A stretch of 32,000 nt of DNA from an uncultured Lentisphaeria bacterium. Its GTDB lineage: Bacteria; Verrucomicrobiota; Lentisphaeria; JABSQK01; JAJFLO01. The notes below the pieces were generated by a model. It made no database searches, was not told the DNA's origin, and was given only the letters and a program-made list of their open reading frames with translations. The stretch is taken from positions 570,001-602,000 of the forward strand of contig OX638337.1 of assembly GCA_951812855.1 (NCBI GenBank), given 5' to 3'. The translations under genes and the position numbers were made by a program. Positions 27,390 to 32,000 of the stretch are shown here, one piece after another (the stretch's first letter is position 1; every line of letters starts with the position of its first letter).

Positions 27390-27632
27390 TCAAACCTTAA
27401 TAAAAATGCCAGATAATAGCTGAAACCAGCTAAAATTATATGAACAGATATAACAGATATGTGTCTGAATTTTAATAAAAATTTCATAATTAATTAGACA
27501 GGGATTTACCAGACAGATTTTTTTGATAAAGTTGTGTTTTTTATCTTCAATGTTATGATAACAGATTATGAATAACATCCAACATCTTAATAGATAATAT
27601 GTTATAAACTTATAATTTAAAAATTCAATCAC
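27390..27632 (-). CDS. 80-codon ORF (GTG start) in the same frame as the capD-like body, ending at the TGA; probably the detached, decaying N-terminal membrane segment of that gene
   Basis: A stop-free 80-codon frame in very AT-rich sequence is unlikely by chance. Its tail ..ICYICSYNFSWFQLLSGIFIKV loosely resembles TM1 of PglF/CapD proteins. It is in phase with 25614..27344. Confidence 0.4.
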   Translation of the reverse strand: MIEFLNYKFITYYLLRCWMLFIICYHNIEDKKHNFIKKICLVNPCLINYEIFIKIQTHICYICSYNFSWFQLLSGIFIKV

Positions 27633-27678
27633 ATTCTACTAATAAATGTAAACGGCTTTTTAATTATTCAGTACAATA

Positions 27679-29025
27679 ATGAAACAATTACACAAAAATC
27701 TCCGGAAGAAAAATAAGCAATACATCTGGCACCCATTTACGCAAATGAAAGATTATTTGGAATCGGAGCCTACAATCATAGATCGAGGAGAAGGAATTTT
27801 CCTCATTGATGTTGACGGAAACCGGTTTTATGACGGAGTCTCATCTCTTTGGGTAAACGTTCATGGTCATTCCAACTCTGATATTAATAACGCGATAATT
27901 GATCAGATAAAAAAAATCAGTCATTCAACCCTTTTGGGTCAGGCAAATGTTCCAGCAGTTCTATTAGCTGAAAAAATTGTTAGTATTACACCAAGTAATT
28001 TAACAAGAGTTTTTTATTCAGACAGCGGTTCAGAAGCTGTCGAGATCGGCTTAAAAATTGCTTATCAGTACTGGAAATTAAAAGGGAAAAATAAAAAACG
28101 ATCATTTATTGCAATGACAAACGCATACCATGGCGACACGATTGGTGCTACAAGCGTTGGCGGCATGGATCTTTTTCACGCGACTTATCAGGATCTATTA
28201 TTCAAAACCTGTCGAACCCCCTATCCTGATGTTTATAGATTTGATGGTTCAGTAGAGGAATGTCGTATTGATTGCCTCACTAAACTTAATAATTTAATTA
28301 AATCAAAACATGACCAGACAGCAGGTTTAATTGTAGAACCTCTGGTACAGGGTGCAGCAGGCATGATCTTGATGCCGGACGGATTTATGAAACACATCGA
28401 GTCAATTTGCATCGATCACAACATCCTGCTTCTTACAGACGAAGTTGCTACCGGCTTCGGTAGAACCGGTAAGATGTTTGCCTGTGAACATGATGAGGTT
28501 AAACCTGATATAATGATGATTGCTAAAGGCTTGACCGGTGGCTATTTACCATTAGCAGCGACATTAACTACAGAGGCTGTTTATTCTGAATTTCTTGGCG
28601 AATATTCTGAAAAGAAAACGTTTTTTCATGGGCATTCTTATACCGGGAATCAACTTGGATGTGCAGCTGCAATTGCCAACATTGATTTGTTTGAGAAAAC
28701 CAGGTTAATTGAGTCACTCCCTCAAAAATCATTGTTGATATCGAAACGATTAGGAGAACTCAGTTCTCATCCCCATGTCGGAGACATTCGAATTAAGGGG
28801 ATGATGACAGGAATAGAATTGATCAAAGACAAAAACTCAAAACTTGACTATCCGTGGGAAGAAAAAATGGGAATTAAAGTATGCGATGAATGCAGAAAGC
28901 AGGGAATGATAATACGCCCGCTCGGGAACGTCGTTGTCTTTATGCCACCATTAGTCAGTACCAATGAAGAACTGTCCGAAATGATATCAATCTTGATAAA
29001 GGCTATAAATATCGTTTGCAAATAA
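27679..29025 (+). CDS. bioA: adenosylmethionine-8-amino-7-oxononanoate aminotransferase
   Basis: 448 aa class-III aminotransferase. ..IWHPFTQM.., ..SLWVNVHGH.., ..DEVATGFGRTGKMFA.. with PLP lysine context ..MIAKGLTGGYLPL... Confidence 0.92.
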   Translation: MKQLHKNLRKKNKQYIWHPFTQMKDYLESEPTIIDRGEGIFLIDVDGNRFYDGVSSLWVNVHGHSNSDINNAIIDQIKKISHSTLLGQANVPAVLLAEKIVSITPSNLTRVFYSDSGSEAVEIGLKIAYQYWKLKGKNKKRSFIAMTNAYHGDTIGATSVGGMDLFHATYQDLLFKTCRTPYPDVYRFDGSVEECRIDCLTKLNNLIKSKHDQTAGLIVEPLVQGAAGMILMPDGFMKHIESICIDHNILLLTDEVATGFGRTGKMFACEHDEVKPDIMMIAKGLTGGYLPLAATLTTEAVYSEFLGEYSEKKTFFHGHSYTGNQLGCAAAIANIDLFEKTRLIESLPQKSLLISKRLGELSSHPHVGDIRIKGMMTGIELIKDKNSKLDYPWEEKMGIKVCDECRKQGMIIRPLGNVVVFMPPLVSTNEELSEMISILIKAINIVCK

Positions 29026-29811
<786 letters not shown>

Positions 29812-29908
29812 CTGACTCTGGCGATTTTCCGTGCCTGGACAGGCAATTGCCTGTATCTTTATGGATTTAGGTATGAAATATGACAGTATTACATAAAGGA
29901 AGAACAAA

Positions 29909-30943
29909 ATGATAATGACCGAGGCTATGGCTGATCTCCTGCAAACACAACCATCATATTGGTATGATTTAGCCGAAAAATCACTTTCTGGAAAACGAAT
30001 CGATCGAACGGAATCACTCTCCGTAATTCAGGCTGATGATAATGACCTGCTTTCATTATTAGGAGCTGCATTTGTTATTAGAAAAAATTTTTATGGTACA
30101 AAAGTAAAACTCAATATGATAATCAATGCAAAATGCGGTCACTGCCCTGAAGATTGTGGTTATTGCTCACAGTCAATCGTATCCAAATCTAATATTAACA
30201 GGCATACCTTATTAGATAAAGAAACCATTGTTAAAGGAGCGAAGAGTGCCTTGGAAAAACAGGCGGGAACCTACTGTATTGTGGCAAGTGGCCGAGGCCC
30301 TACAAATAAAGAATTGGATCATGTTATTGAAGCAGTTAAAGAAATTAAAGAAACGATGCCGTTAAAAATCTGTGCATGTCTGGGCATATTAAAGGATAAA
30401 CAGGCTGAAAAATTAAAAGCCGCAGGTGTCGATCGCTACAATCATAATATCAATACAAGTGCAAACCATTTTGATTCAATAACCAAAACCCATTCCTACG
30501 ATGACAGAGTAAATACTGTTAACAAATCAAAATCAGCCGGTATATCCCCATGTTCAGGGGTAATTATTGGTATGGGTGAATCCGATGAGGAAATCATCAA
30601 CATGGCATACGCACTAAGAGAATTAGATGCGGATTCAATTCCGATAAACTTTTTAAATCCTATAAAAGGCACGCCTTTAGAAAAACTGCATGAATTAACA
30701 CCAATCAAATGCCTTAAGGTTCTGTGCCTGTTTCGTTTTGTATGTCCGGGTAAAGAAATTCGTGCGTCCGGAGGAAGAGAATTAAATTTACGATCGTTAC
30801 AACCCTTTGCTTTATACCCGGCAAACTCAATTTTTATTGGGGATTACTTAACCACAGATGGTCAGGAAGCAGCACGTGATCACAAAATGATTGAAGATTT
30901 AGGATTTGAAATCGAAGATCAACCCGTATCTGAACAGCTGTAA
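29909..30943 (+). CDS. bioB: biotin synthase (radical SAM)
   Basis: 344 aa with a CGHCPEDCGYCSQS radical-SAM cluster motif, ..YNHNINT.. and ..GMGES... Confidence 0.95.
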   Translation: MIMTEAMADLLQTQPSYWYDLAEKSLSGKRIDRTESLSVIQADDNDLLSLLGAAFVIRKNFYGTKVKLNMIINAKCGHCPEDCGYCSQSIVSKSNINRHTLLDKETIVKGAKSALEKQAGTYCIVASGRGPTNKELDHVIEAVKEIKETMPLKICACLGILKDKQAEKLKAAGVDRYNHNINTSANHFDSITKTHSYDDRVNTVNKSKSAGISPCSGVIIGMGESDEEIINMAYALRELDADSIPINFLNPIKGTPLEKLHELTPIKCLKVLCLFRFVCPGKEIRASGGRELNLRSLQPFALYPANSIFIGDYLTTDGQEAARDHKMIEDLGFEIEDQPVSEQL

Positions 30944-31008
30944 CAGTATTGCCACTGTAAAATACCTAAAGAGACTAACCGTAATTTTGGGACACCGCAC
31001 GAATTCCC

Positions 31009-32000
31009 ATGTCAATACATCCACGAATAAGAGTTGATCCGTTGTCATTCATTGACCAAGAACTTTCCCGCTTAAAAGACGGCTCCCTATATCGGTCCTT
31101 AAAGGAAGCAAACACAGAGAAAAACAGTAAAATTTGCGTTGAGGGGAATCTCTTACTGAATTTTTGTTCTAACAATTATTTGGGTATCAGCGAAGAATTG
31201 GACTTGTCTAAATTTCAGTTATCTTCCTCGAACCTGGGAGGAAGTGGATCATCCAGATTGATCTCCGGTAACTCAGCACTTTATTCACAGCTGGAGCAGT
31301 CGATTGCAGATCTTAAGGGAACAGAATCCGGCCTGGTGTTCAGCTCCGGATATATGGCAAACTCAGGAATAATTCCCAGCCTTGCAGGTAAAGGAGATGC
31401 TATTTTTTCTGATCGACTCAATCACGCCAGTATAATTGATGGAATTCGGTTAAGCAGAGCAAGCCTTTTCAGATATAAACACAATGACATGGCTCACCTC
31501 GATTCCCTGTTGAACAAAGCTCAATCGTATAAATCAAAATTAATAATCAGTGAAAGCCTGTTCAGTATGGACGGGGATATTGCCCCCCTGAACACACTTG
31601 TTGAATTAAAGGAAAAATATAACGCACTGCTCATGATTGATGAAGCCCATAGTGGCGGGATTTATGGAAGCCACGGTGCCGGGTTGATAAACGAACTTGA
31701 TTTGGTAAAAGGAGTTGATATACAGATGGGCACATTCAGCAAAGCATATGGAAGTTATGGTGCCTATATTGCAGGGAAAAAAAACATGATTGAATATTTA
31801 ATCAACAAAGTGCGAAGTTTTATTTATACAACCGCATTACCGCCTCATATAATTGAATTGAATTTAAAGGCATTGGAACTGGTAAAATCACATCAATGGC
31901 GACGAGATCTGCTAAAAAAGAACAGCGAATATTTTCGTGAGGAACTGGTAAACCTTGATCTAAACATCGGAAAAAGCACGTCTCATATCATCCCGCTAAT
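31009..32000 (+). CDS. bioF: 8-amino-7-oxononanoate synthase, 3' end outside window; not in the ORF track because no stop is reached
   Basis: ATG at 31009. MSIHPRIRVDPLSFIDQELSRLKDGSLYRSL...NFCSNNYLGIS...SGSSRLISGN..., ..DRLNHASIIDG.., ..ESLFSMDGD.. and ..GTFSKAYGSYGAY.. (PLP lysine) are characteristic of the family. Confidence 0.88.
   Translation, partial: MSIHPRIRVDPLSFIDQELSRLKDGSLYRSLKEANTEKNSKICVEGNLLLNFCSNNYLGISEELDLSKFQLSSSNLGGSGSSRLISGNSALYSQLEQSIADLKGTESGLVFSSGYMANSGIIPSLAGKGDAIFSDRLNHASIIDGIRLSRASLFRYKHNDMAHLDSLLNKAQSYKSKLIISESLFSMDGDIAPLNTLVELKEKYNALLMIDEAHSGGIYGSHGAGLINELDLVKGVDIQMGTFSKAYGSYGAYIAGKKNMIEYLINKVRSFIYTTALPPHIIELNLKALELVKSHQWRRDLLKKNSEYFREELVNLDLNIGKSTSHIIPL

Noticed and set aside
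27350-27392. TGA followed immediately by a strong hairpin, considered as a selenocysteine (SECIS) or programmed read-through site in the capD-like gene.
   Set aside because: Bacterial SECIS hairpins start about 11 nt after the UGA and have a characteristic apical loop and bulged U. Here the stem starts 1 nt after the stop and its apex is a C/G homopolymer. A Sec residue in a membrane loop of a sugar dehydratase has no precedent. TGA is used as an ordinary stop elsewhere in the window (rubredoxin, HMA gene).
27647-27676. Possible BirA (bio) operator upstream of bioA: TGTAAAC at 27647-27653, identical to the E. coli bioO half-site.
   Set aside because: The expected inverted partner GTTTACA is not present. 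Only a degenerate GTACAA occurs 17 nt downstream, and a single 7-mer in AT-rich DNA is weak evidence. It would need a BirA HTH domain and conservation in relatives.

Overview
By eye this is an AT-rich bacterial chromosome segment. The intact genes are housekeeping. They comprise the 3' part of glnS, rnhC, and a minus-strand ribosomal-protein block running rplV-rpsC-rplP-rpmC-rpsQ-rplN-rplX-rplE-rpsZ-rpsH-rplF-rplR-rpsE-rplO-secY. Also present are a yqeY-like gene, tatD, tRNA-Pro(TGG), rnd, adk, a yajD-like HNH gene, zwf-pgl with a rubredoxin the ORF track missed, a chlorite-dismutase-family gene, a capD/pglF-like sugar dehydratase, and a bioA-bioD-bioB-bioF cluster that runs off the 3' edge. 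Gene wrecks lie between these: IS256-family and IS5-family transposase remnants, and fragments of YkgJ-like, ferritin-like, secreted-protein, RHH-antitoxin and response-regulator genes. The most unusual signal is a 39-nt near-perfect palindrome (ggagaaata-C9-AT-G10-tatttctcc) at the 5' end of the capD-like gene. It sits directly after an in-frame TGA that overlaps an ATG (TGATG). Removing one base from either homopolymer puts that ATG in frame with the enzyme body, so this is either a slipped-strand switch or a homopolymer miscall. I found no CRISPR array, no intact defence or toxin-antitoxin operon, and no intact mobile element.
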